The notes beneath the pieces were generated by a model. The model was not told where the DNA came from, searched no databases, and saw only the letters and a program-made list of their open reading frames with translations. 64,000 nt of DNA, taken from positions 1 through 64,000 of the IMG/VR virus record IMGVR_UViG_3300032245_001860. One strand, 5' to 3'. Shown in pieces: positions 50,821 through 61,464 of this stretch (its first letter is position 1; the number at the start of each line of letters is the position of its first letter). The position numbers and the translations under genes are program-made.

Positions 50821-51829
50821 TAGTAGACCGAAATGGATGTTGTCTCATCCAGTAACTAAAACTTACATGGTTTTAGAATCTATTTCAGGCATTAATTTAG
50901 ATTTTTTCGATAAGATTATTTTTGTTGTCTTGAGAGAACAAATTGAAAAATATGATGTTTTGCCTTTTTTCAATAAAGAATTATCAAAACTCGGATTACA
51001 AGATAAGAGTGAAATTTGCATTCTCGATAAACAAACCAAATCCCAGTCAGAAACAGTAGCTAATGCAATTAAAATTCACAATATTAAAGGTTTTATTTAC
51101 ATCAAAGATTGTGATAGTTTTTTCAAGGTAAAACTTACAGAGAAGAAAAATCTTGTTTCGTATTTTGATTTACACAATATTAAATATATAAATGCAATTT
51201 CTAAAAGTTATATTGATATTGATTCAAATCATAAAATTATAAATATTGTTGAAAAAAAGATTATAAGTACTTATTTCAATGTTGGCGGTTATGCTTTTGA
51301 GAATGCTGAGGAATTTTTGAGTCATTTTCAAAAAATAAACTCTTTTGAAAAAGAATGTTTTATTTCTAATGTCATTTACGAAATGATGCTTTCAAATAAT
51401 GATTTTCATGGACTTCTGACTACAGACTATATTGACTGGGGAACTTCAGAAGATTGGGAAAATTATACTAAAAAATTCAAAACATTATTTGTAGATCTTG
51501 ATGGAACTTTAGTTCAAAATTCTTCACATTTGATCCCTCCCAGTATTGGTGAAGGACTACCATTATTGAAAAATATTGAAACTCTCAGGAAGCTTTACAA
51601 AGATAAAAAAACCTATGTTGTAATAACTACTTCAAGACCAGAAGAATTTTATAAAGAGACTATTCAAGAACTATCAAGAAACAACATTCCGTTTGACAAA
51701 TTAATTATGGGATTGCCACATTCCCAAAGAATTATAATTAATGACTTTGCGAATTCTAACAAATATCCGTCATGTTCTGCCATAAATGTTCCGAGAAATA
51801 GTGAGACACTTGAGGATTTCCTAAAATGA
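50771..51829 (+). CDS. Nucleotidyltransferase fused to HAD phosphatase
   Basis: IVPMAGQSSRF..PK, IKDCD, DWGT; C-terminal FVDLDGTL and TTSR. Confidence 0.85.
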   Translation: MSTLIVPMAGQSSRFPNSRPKWMLSHPVTKTYMVLESISGINLDFFDKIIFVVLREQIEKYDVLPFFNKELSKLGLQDKSEICILDKQTKSQSETVANAIKIHNIKGFIYIKDCDSFFKVKLTEKKNLVSYFDLHNIKYINAISKSYIDIDSNHKIINIVEKKIISTYFNVGGYAFENAEEFLSHFQKINSFEKECFISNVIYEMMLSNNDFHGLLTTDYIDWGTSEDWENYTKKFKTLFVDLDGTLVQNSSHLIPPSIGEGLPLLKNIETLRKLYKDKKTYVVITTSRPEEFYKETIQELSRNNIPFDKLIMGLPHSQRIIINDFANSNKYPSCSAINVPRNSETLEDFLK

Positions 51830-52830
51830 AAATATTGATTACTGGGGCTGCTGGTGGTATTGGTTCTCTAATATGTGAATCCTTGGGTGAACATTTTGAA
51901 TTAGTTTTGGTTGATAACTTTAGAAATGGATTTCGTGAAAATTTACCAAATCATTGCATTCATGAAATTGATATTTGTTCAAAAGAATTTATTGATCTAA
52001 CAAAAAATGTTAAACCTGATGTTATATTGCATTTAGCAGCTATCACATCTCTGCCAGATTGTGAGTCAAATAAATCAGAGTGTATTCAAGTAAATGTCAA
52101 TGGGACTGTAAATGTTTTAGAGGCAGCCAGACATGCAAATGTGGAAAAAATAATCTTTGCTTCTACATCAGCTGTTTATGAAAACAATTTATCAACTGAA
52201 TCTCCTTTTATTGAAAGTTTACAAGTAAGTCCATTATTGTTTTATAGTTTGTCTAAAAAGATGGCTGAAGATGTTTGCAATTCATATATAAAAAATTATG
52301 ATATGAATATTATTACATTAAGATTTTTCAATATTTTTGGACCAAATCAAGATACTAAAAGGAAATCCCCTCCTTTACTTAATTATTTGGTCAAAAGTGT
52401 TATTGATCAAGTTCAACCAGTTTTACATTCAGATGGAAAGCAAGAAAGAGACTATGTATCGGCATATGATTTAGTTGAGTTGATTAAGACTATTTTACAA
52501 AATGATACTTTTGAAAGTGATTGTTACAATGTAGCATCAGGTGCAACTTTGTCTGTCAAAGATATTGTTCATTTTGTCGAAGTTTCTTTAGGTACTAAAG
52601 TAAATCCAATTTTCAGATCTCCAAGTATGTTGTGGGACAACTATCCTGCATTGTTTGAAACCAATAAGCCTCTTAATAAAAACGTTATAAGTAAAGAAGC
52701 AAACAAATTTAGTCTTGGTTGCAACAAAAAACTTTTCAAAAAATTTGGATGGAAGCCTACTACTGAATTTCAAAAAGAATTTGAAAAAGTTATAATAAAA
52801 TTGTCTGAGAGAATAAAAAATGAAGATTGA
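51826..52830 (+). CDS. NAD-dependent epimerase/dehydratase
   Basis: ITGAAGGIGS, HLAA, ASTSAVY, YSLSK, LRFFNIFGP and RDYV motifs. Confidence 0.93.
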   Translation: MKILITGAAGGIGSLICESLGEHFELVLVDNFRNGFRENLPNHCIHEIDICSKEFIDLTKNVKPDVILHLAAITSLPDCESNKSECIQVNVNGTVNVLEAARHANVEKIIFASTSAVYENNLSTESPFIESLQVSPLLFYSLSKKMAEDVCNSYIKNYDMNIITLRFFNIFGPNQDTKRKSPPLLNYLVKSVIDQVQPVLHSDGKQERDYVSAYDLVELIKTILQNDTFESDCYNVASGATLSVKDIVHFVEVSLGTKVNPIFRSPSMLWDNYPALFETNKPLNKNVISKEANKFSLGCNKKLFKKFGWKPTTEFQKEFEKVIIKLSERIKNED

Positions 52831-53671
52831 CATTTTGATGCAAGGTAGATTTCATGACTACACTTTTGATTTTGCATACGATTATGCTGATTTAGATTAC
52901 GTTAATAAAGTAATTATTTCTACTTGGAAAAATCATAATGAACCATTTACCTGGCTTGAATCACATCCTAAGATAGAATATGTATTTTCTGAAGATGTTG
53001 ACTTTGCTGCAGACAACAGAAATAGACAAATTTATAGCACTCTTGCTGGATTAAGGAAATGTAAATCTGAGTTTACATTGAAAACAAGGACAGACCAATT
53101 CATATACCTTAAGTGTATTGACAAACTTGTAGATTTTTATGACAAACATAAAGAACCAGTGATGCACTATCACGACAATCCCTCTATGCCTCACAATAGA
53201 ATGTGCGTAGCTGGGATGTATAAAACTTATCCTTATTGTCCAAGAGACCACTTTATGTTAGGTAATACAAAAGACTTAATTGAATTCTTTGATATCCCTT
53301 TAGATTATCAATTCCAATTTACCCCAGAGAGACAAAAAGAATTTAATGAAAAAGGAAGAGTAATGCTTGAAGACTTCGAGTGGAACACAAGATGTGAAGT
53401 CTATATGGGCGCTTGGTATTGTGCAAAATTTGACAAAAGGGTATATAATCATTTATGGAATTATAAAAAATATCTTACAGATTTAGCTCCTAACTTGCAT
53501 GAGTCAATAGATCTATCAAAAGAAATAGTTACCAAAATCATGAAACCATTTCCAAGACAAGGCGTAGACTTTATGTGGCCATCGCACGGAATCAAAAATT
53601 ATTATTATGATTATCAAGCTGAACATGGTCAATTTTGGGCAGAAGATGATTCTGAATGGAACAAAGATTAA
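52820..53671 (+). CDS. WavE-like LPS synthesis protein
   Basis: ILMQG, IISTW, NRNRQIYSTLAGL, KTRTD and RDHFMLG motifs. Confidence 0.78.
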   Translation: MKIDILMQGRFHDYTFDFAYDYADLDYVNKVIISTWKNHNEPFTWLESHPKIEYVFSEDVDFAADNRNRQIYSTLAGLRKCKSEFTLKTRTDQFIYLKCIDKLVDFYDKHKEPVMHYHDNPSMPHNRMCVAGMYKTYPYCPRDHFMLGNTKDLIEFFDIPLDYQFQFTPERQKEFNEKGRVMLEDFEWNTRCEVYMGAWYCAKFDKRVYNHLWNYKKYLTDLAPNLHESIDLSKEIVTKIMKPFPRQGVDFMWPSHGIKNYYYDYQAEHGQFWAEDDSEWNKD

Positions 53672-54891
53672 TGAAAAAATATTTATCAATGGGATCACAT
53701 TATGTATCTGATTTCATTAAGAATGAAAACGAATACAATAGAGAAAAATATTCATTAGATTTATATTTTGATGAAAGTATTGGTGCATTAAGACTCAATG
53801 AAACAGCTCCTCATGACACAATGTGGGGTACTTATTGGTATAGATCTGGTATCAATGAGTCTATGCCATTAGAACTTAAAAGTATTGTTGAGCAGGTTAC
53901 TAAACGAGTAAAACACAATTCTGGTGACATTTGGCTTGACATTGCCTGTAATGATGGGACAATGTTTAAATTTATTCCTGATTCTTTCACTAAAATTGGA
54001 ATAGATCCAAGTGATGATTCTTATTACTCTGAGTCATCAAAATTGGCCACTGTGGTACAAGATTATTTTTCATATGAAGCTTACAATAAGACAGGTTTTG
54101 CTGATCAAAAATGTAAGATTATTACATCCATAGCAATGTTTTATGATTTGGAAAATCCTCATATTTTCATCAAAGATATTTGCAGAATCTTAGACAATGA
54201 TGGAGTGTGGGTTATGCAACTTTCATACACCCCATTGATGTTAAAGCAAATGGCTTTTGACAATATCTGTCACGAACATGTATATTACTATTCTTTGCAA
54301 AGCTTGAAGAATTTATTTGAACAACATGATCTTAAAATAGTTGATGCTGAAATCAATGACGCTAATGGTGGTAGTGTTAGAGTTTATATCCAAAAAAATA
54401 CAGCTTCATTAACAAGTTTTGGAACAGCTCATTTAAGAGATGTATGTGAATTCAAAATCAATGCATTATTGGATTATGAATTGAAACATTACGACATAAC
54501 TTCAGAAGAAAATTGGATTAGATTTTCAGAAAAACTCCATGATCTTAAGAATCAAACTGTTGATTTCATAAAAAAAGAAAAAGAATTAGGCAAGAAGATT
54601 TATGGATATGGAGCTTCTACAAAAGGTAATACTTTATTGCAATTTTATGGTTTAGATCATAATCATATTGATGCAATAGCAGAAAGGTCACCATATAAGT
54701 TTGGTTTGAAAACTGTGGGTTCTAACATCCCAATTGTTTCTGAATCTGAAATGAGGGCTGCAAAACCTGATTATTTACTTATTTTGCCTTGGTGTTTTGT
54801 TTCTGAATTTGTAGAAAGAGAAAAAGAATTCTTGGAAAATGGAGGCAAATTTATTGTCCCATGTCCAGATTTTCAAATAATAGGATTATAA
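53656..54891 (+). CDS. NDP-hexose C-methyltransferase-like protein
   Basis: YWYRSG, LDIACNDG, FDNICHEH, NGGSVR, YGASTKGNTLL and LILPW motifs. Confidence 0.88.
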   Translation: MEQRLMKKYLSMGSHYVSDFIKNENEYNREKYSLDLYFDESIGALRLNETAPHDTMWGTYWYRSGINESMPLELKSIVEQVTKRVKHNSGDIWLDIACNDGTMFKFIPDSFTKIGIDPSDDSYYSESSKLATVVQDYFSYEAYNKTGFADQKCKIITSIAMFYDLENPHIFIKDICRILDNDGVWVMQLSYTPLMLKQMAFDNICHEHVYYYSLQSLKNLFEQHDLKIVDAEINDANGGSVRVYIQKNTASLTSFGTAHLRDVCEFKINALLDYELKHYDITSEENWIRFSEKLHDLKNQTVDFIKKEKELGKKIYGYGASTKGNTLLQFYGLDHNHIDAIAERSPYKFGLKTVGSNIPIVSESEMRAAKPDYLLILPWCFVSEFVEREKEFLENGGKFIVPCPDFQIIGL

Positions 54892-54892
54892 T

Positions 54893-55513
54893 ATGAAGAA
54901 TGTATTTTATGATGGTGATGGTCCTGTTGGTGAATACTTGAGGAACAATTATTTTTTAGATTATGATTACAAAGGTATTTTGCTTGAAGTAGGTGGGGGA
55001 CATCCAGAACAGTATTCATTTTCTAAACATTTTATTGACAATGGCTGGAGAGGTATTATTTTCGAACCAAATCCAAAATATGCTCAAATGCATAGAGAAT
55101 TGGGAAATGAAATTTATCAAGTAGCAGTTTCGACCAAAGATGAAGAAAATGTAGATTTTCAAATATTAACAAAATTTGGTGATTTTGAAATGTCTGGTAG
55201 TGCGTTAAGTGTCAAATATCAAAATGAATTTTCACCAGGTACAACAGTAAGTTCAATCAAGGTTGATGTAATAACACTAAATTCTTTTTTTGAAAAAAAT
55301 AATCTAAAAGAAGTTGACATTATCTCAGTTGACACCGAAGGATGGGAATTAGAAGTCATGGAAGGCTTTGATACATCTAAATATTATTCAAGATTTGTTG
55401 TCTTGGAAAATTTGAAATATAGTCCAAAGTATAATAAATTTATGAGAGAAAAAGGATATAAACTCCTTACAAATTTGGGTATTAACTATATTTACGAATT
55501 TGTAAAAAAATAA
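54893..55513 (+). CDS. FkbM-family methyltransferase
   Basis: EVGG, GWRGIIFEPNP and SVDTEGWELEV motifs. Confidence 0.85.
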   Translation: MKNVFYDGDGPVGEYLRNNYFLDYDYKGILLEVGGGHPEQYSFSKHFIDNGWRGIIFEPNPKYAQMHRELGNEIYQVAVSTKDEENVDFQILTKFGDFEMSGSALSVKYQNEFSPGTTVSSIKVDVITLNSFFEKNNLKEVDIISVDTEGWELEVMEGFDTSKYYSRFVVLENLKYSPKYNKFMREKGYKLLTNLGINYIYEFVKK

Positions 55514-55549
55514 TCATTACAATAAAAAACCCTCCTTTCGGAGGGTTTT

Positions 55550-55876
55550 TTATCTTTTATAAGCTCTAATACTTTTTATCTTATTATCTTCATCAAACTC
55601 TAAAATATCAACTACAAAAAGCTGAGTATTACTATTGATCAAAATATCAATTTCTGCAAATACATTTTTATCATTAGATCCAATTCTTTTTACTAATATA
55701 TTTACAGATTGAACAGAATCAAATAAGTTTTTATTTGCAGATAATACTTGTTCTTTTCCATCAAAAAATAAAGGCTCCCAATCTGCGAGAGTAACATCAT
55801 CTGAGTAAAGTTCAGAAAGTTTTTCTAAATCTTTATTAGAGAATGCTTCAAAATAATTACAAGCTTTTTCAATCAT
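55550..55876 (-). CDS. SnoaL/NTF2-like protein
   Basis: YFEAFSNKDL..LYSDDV.L.DW...VVDILEF..KIKSIRAY. Confidence 0.8.
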   Translation of the reverse strand: MIEKACNYFEAFSNKDLEKLSELYSDDVTLADWEPLFFDGKEQVLSANKNLFDSVQSVNILVKRIGSNDKNVFAEIDILINSNTQLFVVDILEFDEDNKIKSIRAYKR

Positions 55877-56321
55877 AAATTGTTTCCTTTAGTGAATAAA
55901 ATTCAAGATAATCATCAACTTTATTAACAACATCACAGCAAGTACTATAAAAATCTTCCAAAGAAAACTCAACTAATGAATCAAGTCTCAAGGTGTCAAT
56001 AATTTCAGATAAATTATATGGAGGTGGGATGTCTTTCATATCCTTTGGCTTCCAACAATTATCTTTGTCTAAAATATATTCTCTATTGTATTCAGATAAT
56101 GAAAATGCATGAATAGCATCTTCACAGTTGTCATCAAAATATTCATATTGTTCATCTAATCTTTGAGTGCGTAAAAGTGTTTTAAAATCTTTCTCTGAAA
56201 AGATTCGATCATTAAAAACCATACATTCGATAAAGATATATGAAAGAAATTCAATTTTCTCTTGCATGATTTTATTATACCTTGCTCTGTATAAAGTTAC
56301 TATGCAAAAAACTTCATGCAT
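55869..56321 (-). CDS. Hypothetical protein (start likely MQEKIE)
   Basis: ORF upstream of the SnoaL-like gene. Confidence 0.55.
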   Translation of the reverse strand: MHEVFCIVTLYRARYNKIMQEKIEFLSYIFIECMVFNDRIFSEKDFKTLLRTQRLDEQYEYFDDNCEDAIHAFSLSEYNREYILDKDNCWKPKDMKDIPPPYNLSEIIDTLRLDSLVEFSLEDFYSTCCDVVNKVDDYLEFYSLKETIYD

Positions 56322-56670
56322 TGTCCATAAACCCTTTTCTGCAAATCAAATGTATGTTCCAATAGCTCGTGGAAAAATGATTAAGTCCAGAAAATACAAT
56401 GCATGGATAGATAAAAATCTTCCTTTGATGAAAGAAGAAATGTTACCAGCTTATCAGTTTCCAATAAATGTAGAATTACTTGTTATGGCTAATCATTTAT
56501 GGAGAATGAAAAATGATTCTGATAACTTAGTAAAACCATTAATTGATCTTTTAGTTAGAGCTGAAATCATTCCTGATGACACCTCAAGATATATTGAAAA
56601 TGTACATATAAGGTATTTATACATTCCGGGCGATCCAATGGTAAGAATTTCATATGAACCTGTGGAATAA
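56302..56670 (+). CDS. rusA: RusA-family Holliday junction resolvase
   Basis: PFSANQMY and DSDNLVKPLIDLL...IIPDD motifs. Confidence 0.82.
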   Translation: MQKTSCIVHKPFSANQMYVPIARGKMIKSRKYNAWIDKNLPLMKEEMLPAYQFPINVELLVMANHLWRMKNDSDNLVKPLIDLLVRAEIIPDDTSRYIENVHIRYLYIPGDPMVRISYEPVE

Positions 56671-56679
56671 ATAAATACT

Positions 56680-57456
56680 ATGTGGTATAGACTTTCCAAA
56701 AAAATTATCAAAGCAGAAGACGAAAAAGATCCATTAGGTATAAGTGAAATTAAACCTACTCAAATTTCTGATGACCCATATATAAAGAAACTCAATTCAT
56801 TGATCAAGTCTGGGCTAATGACAGAGTCAGAATTTTTTGATGAACTTATATTAGAAAGACCTGATTTGATGCAAAGTATGGTTTCAACATCAAATATTCC
56901 TAATGATCAAGAAATAGATAGAATAGTTTCACATGTTAAAAGTCAAGGTGTTAAAGTAAATGCAAAAGACAGAGATGCTTTGGCTAAATTTTACGATATA
57001 ACAGCATATGTATATATTGATTTCATAAAAGAACTCGAAACAAATTTTTCTTTTATCTTGAGAAATTTAGCAAGCAAAAATTTATTGCCACAACAATATT
57101 TTAACAATATAGATGATCATGATGCTGGAATGTTATTAGGAGAGTTGATAGAACCATCAACAATTGAACAGTATCTTTCAAGAGAATATCTTGAGTTAAG
57201 ATCTGCTGGTATTGATATTAATGAAGCAATAAAAATGATTTCTGATGGTGATTTTAGCACAATAGAAGAAGCATTTAATGATTTCATTGAAAGATATATT
57301 TCTGTATTAGCTCAAAAAGTTACAAGAGCTACAGGCGTTCAATATCATGAAGAAGATATTGCAAGAAAATTTGAAGAAAAACAAATTAATTTAGACAATT
57401 TAAATTTTACAGTTGAAGATACATTAGCGGAACTTTATTACATATATAAGAATTGA
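56680..57456 (+). CDS. Hypothetical protein with MWYR N-terminus
   Basis: MWYRLSKKIIKAE. Confidence 0.65.
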   Translation: MWYRLSKKIIKAEDEKDPLGISEIKPTQISDDPYIKKLNSLIKSGLMTESEFFDELILERPDLMQSMVSTSNIPNDQEIDRIVSHVKSQGVKVNAKDRDALAKFYDITAYVYIDFIKELETNFSFILRNLASKNLLPQQYFNNIDDHDAGMLLGELIEPSTIEQYLSREYLELRSAGIDINEAIKMISDGDFSTIEEAFNDFIERYISVLAQKVTRATGVQYHEEDIARKFEEKQINLDNLNFTVEDTLAELYYIYKN

Positions 57457-57472
57457 TTGTACAATTGCCTTT

Positions 57473-58195
57473 ATGAAGGGTTTAATTTTATTTCGAGGAT
57501 TGACTTTTAGAGGTTTTGGCAAAAGTAGAGATATTGATTTATCTGATCATTCTTATTCTAATCAATTAAGTGCAACAAAATCGCACGTTTCTTTAGTTAA
57601 GCATCTTGAATCACAAGGTCATGAAATAGATGTTGCATTTGATACTGTTGAATGCGAAAAAACTTACGATCTTATAAGATTGTTTGGTTCCAATCTTAAA
57701 TATTACGCACTTAAAAATGTAATAGATTTAGATATGCAATTTTCTTTTTATAGATCTGTAAGAAGTTTAGAACCAATTTTCTTTTATGTTGATTATGATT
57801 TCTTTTTAGTTGTTAGAAACGACTTAATGTTCAAAGAAAATTTTTTTGAAATGTTTGATCCCAGTTGCCAAGAGTTGAAATTTATTTCTGTTTTGTGGCA
57901 TATAAATAGAAAAACTGAAAATAATAATCCAAGAGTTAATGATTGTGTGTTCTTTTTTCCCAAAAAATATTTTCACCTAATCAGTTCAATACCTGAACCT
58001 GGTGGGTGCGATTTTCACAACATTTTAGATAATTGGAATAAGCCTGAAAATAAATTAAACTTTAATTTTTATTTAGATAGATATCATGATTCAAACACTC
58101 ATTTAGACTGGAATCCTCTATACAAATTAGTAAATAGACCTGAGGCTGATAAGCAATTTAGTGATCCTAATTTGAAATACCCAGATGATTTTTAA
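57473..58195 (+). CDS. Paralogue of 49178 and 58228
   Basis: MKGLILFRGLTFR...VRND...NPLYKLVNRP..DPNLKYPDDF. Confidence 0.7.
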   Translation: MKGLILFRGLTFRGFGKSRDIDLSDHSYSNQLSATKSHVSLVKHLESQGHEIDVAFDTVECEKTYDLIRLFGSNLKYYALKNVIDLDMQFSFYRSVRSLEPIFFYVDYDFFLVVRNDLMFKENFFEMFDPSCQELKFISVLWHINRKTENNNPRVNDCVFFFPKKYFHLISSIPEPGGCDFHNILDNWNKPENKLNFNFYLDRYHDSNTHLDWNPLYKLVNRPEADKQFSDPNLKYPDDF

Positions 58196-58227
58196 TTGTT
58201 TGAAACCTTAATTGTACAAAAGACTTT

Positions 58228-58950
58228 ATGAAGGGTTTAATTTTATTTCGTGGTTTGACTTTTAGAGAGTTTGATTCAAAGAGAAGGTTTGCAGAATCTT
58301 TAGAATCATATAATAATCAAATAAGTGCAACACTTTCTCATGTGAAATTTGTCAAGCATTTAAAATCTCAAGGTCATGATATTGATGTTGCATTTGACAC
58401 TATTCAAACACAACATACTACCGACTTAACTAATTTATTTGAAGATAATCTAAAATTTTGTTCTTTGAAAAATGTTATGGACGTTCATACACATTATTCA
58501 CTTTATAGAGCTGTAACTAACCTTGAGCCTGTGTTTTATAATGTGTTTTATGATTTTTTTGTCATTGTAAGAAATGATATGTTTTTGAAAGATCAATTTT
58601 TCGAAGTTTTTAACCCTGATGATGATAAATTAAAATTTATGTCCATCACATGGTACAAACATAGAAAAACACCTAAAAACAATCCAAGAGTCAATGATTG
58701 TATGTTTTTTATACCACGACAATATTTCAATATTATGAGATTTTTGCCAACTGATCCTGGGTCAGATCATCATGATATTTTAGATATTTGGTTAAAGGAA
58801 TTTCCAAAATTAGAATTCGATTGTTATCTTAAGGGGTATTTTGATTCTAATACAAAAAATGACCAAAACCCTCTTTATAAATTAGTAGACAGACCTGAAG
58901 CTCAAAATCAGGATAGTGACCCAAATCTTAAGTTTCCAGATGATTTCTAA
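58228..58950 (+). CDS. Tandem paralogue of 57473
   Basis: Same length (240 aa) and same motifs. Confidence 0.7.
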   Translation: MKGLILFRGLTFREFDSKRRFAESLESYNNQISATLSHVKFVKHLKSQGHDIDVAFDTIQTQHTTDLTNLFEDNLKFCSLKNVMDVHTHYSLYRAVTNLEPVFYNVFYDFFVIVRNDMFLKDQFFEVFNPDDDKLKFMSITWYKHRKTPKNNPRVNDCMFFIPRQYFNIMRFLPTDPGSDHHDILDIWLKEFPKLEFDCYLKGYFDSNTKNDQNPLYKLVDRPEAQNQDSDPNLKFPDDF

Positions 58951-59210
58951 TTTCTCAACATTCTTTCTATTGCTATTTGCTTTGATGTCTTAACTGGTCT
59001 GTGTGGAAAACTTTGCTTCATACTGGATAAAGTATATAAAGCTTTATGACATAGCTCTTGTTGTTGAATTACTGCGCTTTGAAGTTCTTTTGCTCTTTGA
59101 TCAGGTCCAGCTTGATACCCAAAGCCATAACCTATCACACCGAAGGCAAAACAACTGAATACAAATATAGGTAAATTCTTCAAAAATTGATTCTTCATCA
59201 TTTTCTCCAA
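58947..59210 (-). CDS. Small membrane-anchored protein
   Basis: N-terminal hydrophobic segment. Confidence 0.55.
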   Translation of the reverse strand: MEKMMKNQFLKNLPIFVFSCFAFGVIGYGFGYQAGPDQRAKELQSAVIQQQELCHKALYTLSSMKQSFPHRPVKTSKQIAIERMLRN

Positions 59211-59288
59211 TTAAAAAAGCCCTATCCATTTTAGGATAGGGCTTCTGTGCTCTATTTATATAATACAATATTTGAAGAAAAGTTCCTA

Positions 59289-60053
59289 TTAGATTTTAGA
59301 TACTTGAAAATTTTTACCTGTCAATTCTGTATATCTTGCTAATGAAAGTTCAAAATATTCATCGTCAAGTTCGCAACCTTTGAAATTTCTTCCAGTATTA
59401 TCGCAAGCAATCATAACAGAAGCTGCCCCTGAAAATATATCCAGAACAACATCTCCAGGATTTGTGTATGCCTTTATCAATCTTTCTAAGATTTCTAATG
59501 GCTTTTGTGTTGGATGCCAATTACAGTATTCTTTTGAAGTTGTATGATTATTCTTTTCCCATACACAAGTTGGGATAGTGCCTTTTTCATATTCTTTGCC
59601 TGTACGAATATTAATTTTTTGTTTACGAGCTACATTGACATCATCAGCATTAAACAAGAATTGCTTATCTTTTGAATAGCACCAAATATATTCATGCTTT
59701 CTGGCAAAATTCTTTTTTGATCTTCCTCCCCAATTGTAAGACCAAATAATTTCTTCATTACTAAAGAAATTAGGAATTTTATTGAGGATATCAAGTTTAT
59801 ATTTGAGAAATGTGTCATATTTCAGAGTTCCAAAAACACACATCATTCTGTTAGGCTTCAAAACTCTAAAACATTCTTTTGTCCAGAGTTCGCACCAATC
59901 AAGATAATCTTTTTCAGAAGCCCATTGAGAATCCCAACCTTTACCTCCATCATATCCAAGAAAATATGGAGGGTCAGTAAGAATCATATCTACACTGTTA
60001 TCAGGCAATGTCTTGAGATATTGAAGGCAATCAATGTTTTTGTACTCGTGCAT
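59289..60053 (-). CDS. Beta-class N6/N4 DNA methyltransferase (orphan)
   Basis: TDPPY, HPTQKP and VLDIFSG motifs. Confidence 0.93.
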   Translation of the reverse strand: MHEYKNIDCLQYLKTLPDNSVDMILTDPPYFLGYDGGKGWDSQWASEKDYLDWCELWTKECFRVLKPNRMMCVFGTLKYDTFLKYKLDILNKIPNFFSNEEIIWSYNWGGRSKKNFARKHEYIWCYSKDKQFLFNADDVNVARKQKINIRTGKEYEKGTIPTCVWEKNNHTTSKEYCNWHPTQKPLEILERLIKAYTNPGDVVLDIFSGAASVMIACDNTGRNFKGCELDDEYFELSLARYTELTGKNFQVSKI

Positions 60054-60137
60054 AGTTGCTATTATACCATAAGAAGGTTCAATATTTTTAATTGTAGAAA
60101 AAGAATGTAACTGTTTTTCAGATAAGGATTTTTTATC

Positions 60138-61436
60138 ATGGATAGAGATGAACTTGATATTTATTTAGAGCTCGCCAATGAAGCTGAAAATGCTGGCGAT
60201 TATAGAACTGCTGACAAAATTGATGGCATGATTAGAGAAGCGCAAGCTGGCGTAATGGAAAGATTGAGAAGAAGACTCAGAAATACCAAACTCCCAAGTG
60301 AAAGACGTGAGCTTGAAAGACAAATTCGCCAAACAACAAATGGACCTTCCTTTGTTGATAGATTTATGAGAAGACAACCGTCATTTTCTGATGCACAAGC
60401 AACAATTGATGCTGGACAAAACATAAGTGGTGGATTTGAAAAGAAAAATCTTAATATGGATAAATCTTTGCTTGGAAGATTAAGAAATGCTTTTCAATCA
60501 GTTTATTCTCAAGAAATGAAATTGAGAGATCAGTTTCCACAAGCTTTTGAAGCCTGGGATGCTGACATCCGAAGACAAGTCCAGACACAAATTAATGATG
60601 AGATTGCAAAAAGAACACAACATAATGATGCATTAGCTGCTTGGAGAGCTGCAAACCCTGGCAAAGGAGCAACAGCAGCAAATGGCTGGGTTTCTCCTGT
60701 ACCTGCGTATGGGAGCAAAAATAATACTTTTAATTTATCTCCAACTACAGTTGAAGAATATCTAACAAGAAAAAGTATGCTTTCTAAAATAGACGATCCG
60801 AATAATCCATTAGTTACATTAAGAGATGCCCATCTTGATACAATTCAACGTGCAATTGGTCTTGCAAGAGCTGCTGGACACTCAACTCCAAGAGATATTC
60901 TTGCATTTATAGCCTCCGATAGGCAGCTTAGAGGTTTTCTATACGATAACTCTTCTATTACAGATGGTATGGTTAAGGAAGTTATCAGAACTAATTCTCT
61001 TCCAATGAGTGAATTCTGCAATAACTACAAGGCATTCAAGAAAAGAATGTCTCCTGGTGCAGCTTGGTTAATTGGAGCTGCAGTCGCTGGCGGAGTTACA
61101 ACTATAATAAGACCTAAGGGCGAAGATAAAGTTGTTTATGTTCCAGTACCTGGCAAACCTGAAGCCTTAAAGATTGATAATGAATTGGAAGCTGACAGAA
61201 GGAAAGCAAGACAGTTTGACACTCCTATTGCAGATCTTGAAGCATATCTTAATTTTAAGAAATCCAAGGGTGTTTACACACAAGGCAAAACTACTAAGAA
61301 AGAGCTTTACAATATGGCACTTCAAGAAAAGGGTGGGCACTTTGCAAACAACTTAATTCAATATGTATTGAAAAAATATGGATTGTATACACCTGCAGGT
61401 GGTGGAGCCGAGCCAGACGCAGCAATTGGAGTATAA
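60138..61436 (+). CDS. Putative virion protein with N-terminal tag and one TM segment
   Basis: LELANEAENAGDYRTADKID..IREAQ; AAWLIGAAVAGGVTTII. Confidence 0.65.
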   Translation: MDRDELDIYLELANEAENAGDYRTADKIDGMIREAQAGVMERLRRRLRNTKLPSERRELERQIRQTTNGPSFVDRFMRRQPSFSDAQATIDAGQNISGGFEKKNLNMDKSLLGRLRNAFQSVYSQEMKLRDQFPQAFEAWDADIRRQVQTQINDEIAKRTQHNDALAAWRAANPGKGATAANGWVSPVPAYGSKNNTFNLSPTTVEEYLTRKSMLSKIDDPNNPLVTLRDAHLDTIQRAIGLARAAGHSTPRDILAFIASDRQLRGFLYDNSSITDGMVKEVIRTNSLPMSEFCNNYKAFKKRMSPGAAWLIGAAVAGGVTTIIRPKGEDKVVYVPVPGKPEALKIDNELEADRRKARQFDTPIADLEAYLNFKKSKGVYTQGKTTKKELYNMALQEKGGHFANNLIQYVLKKYGLYTPAGGGAEPDAAIGV

Positions 61437-61464
61437 CAAAAAACCCCTCAAAAGAGGGGTTTTT

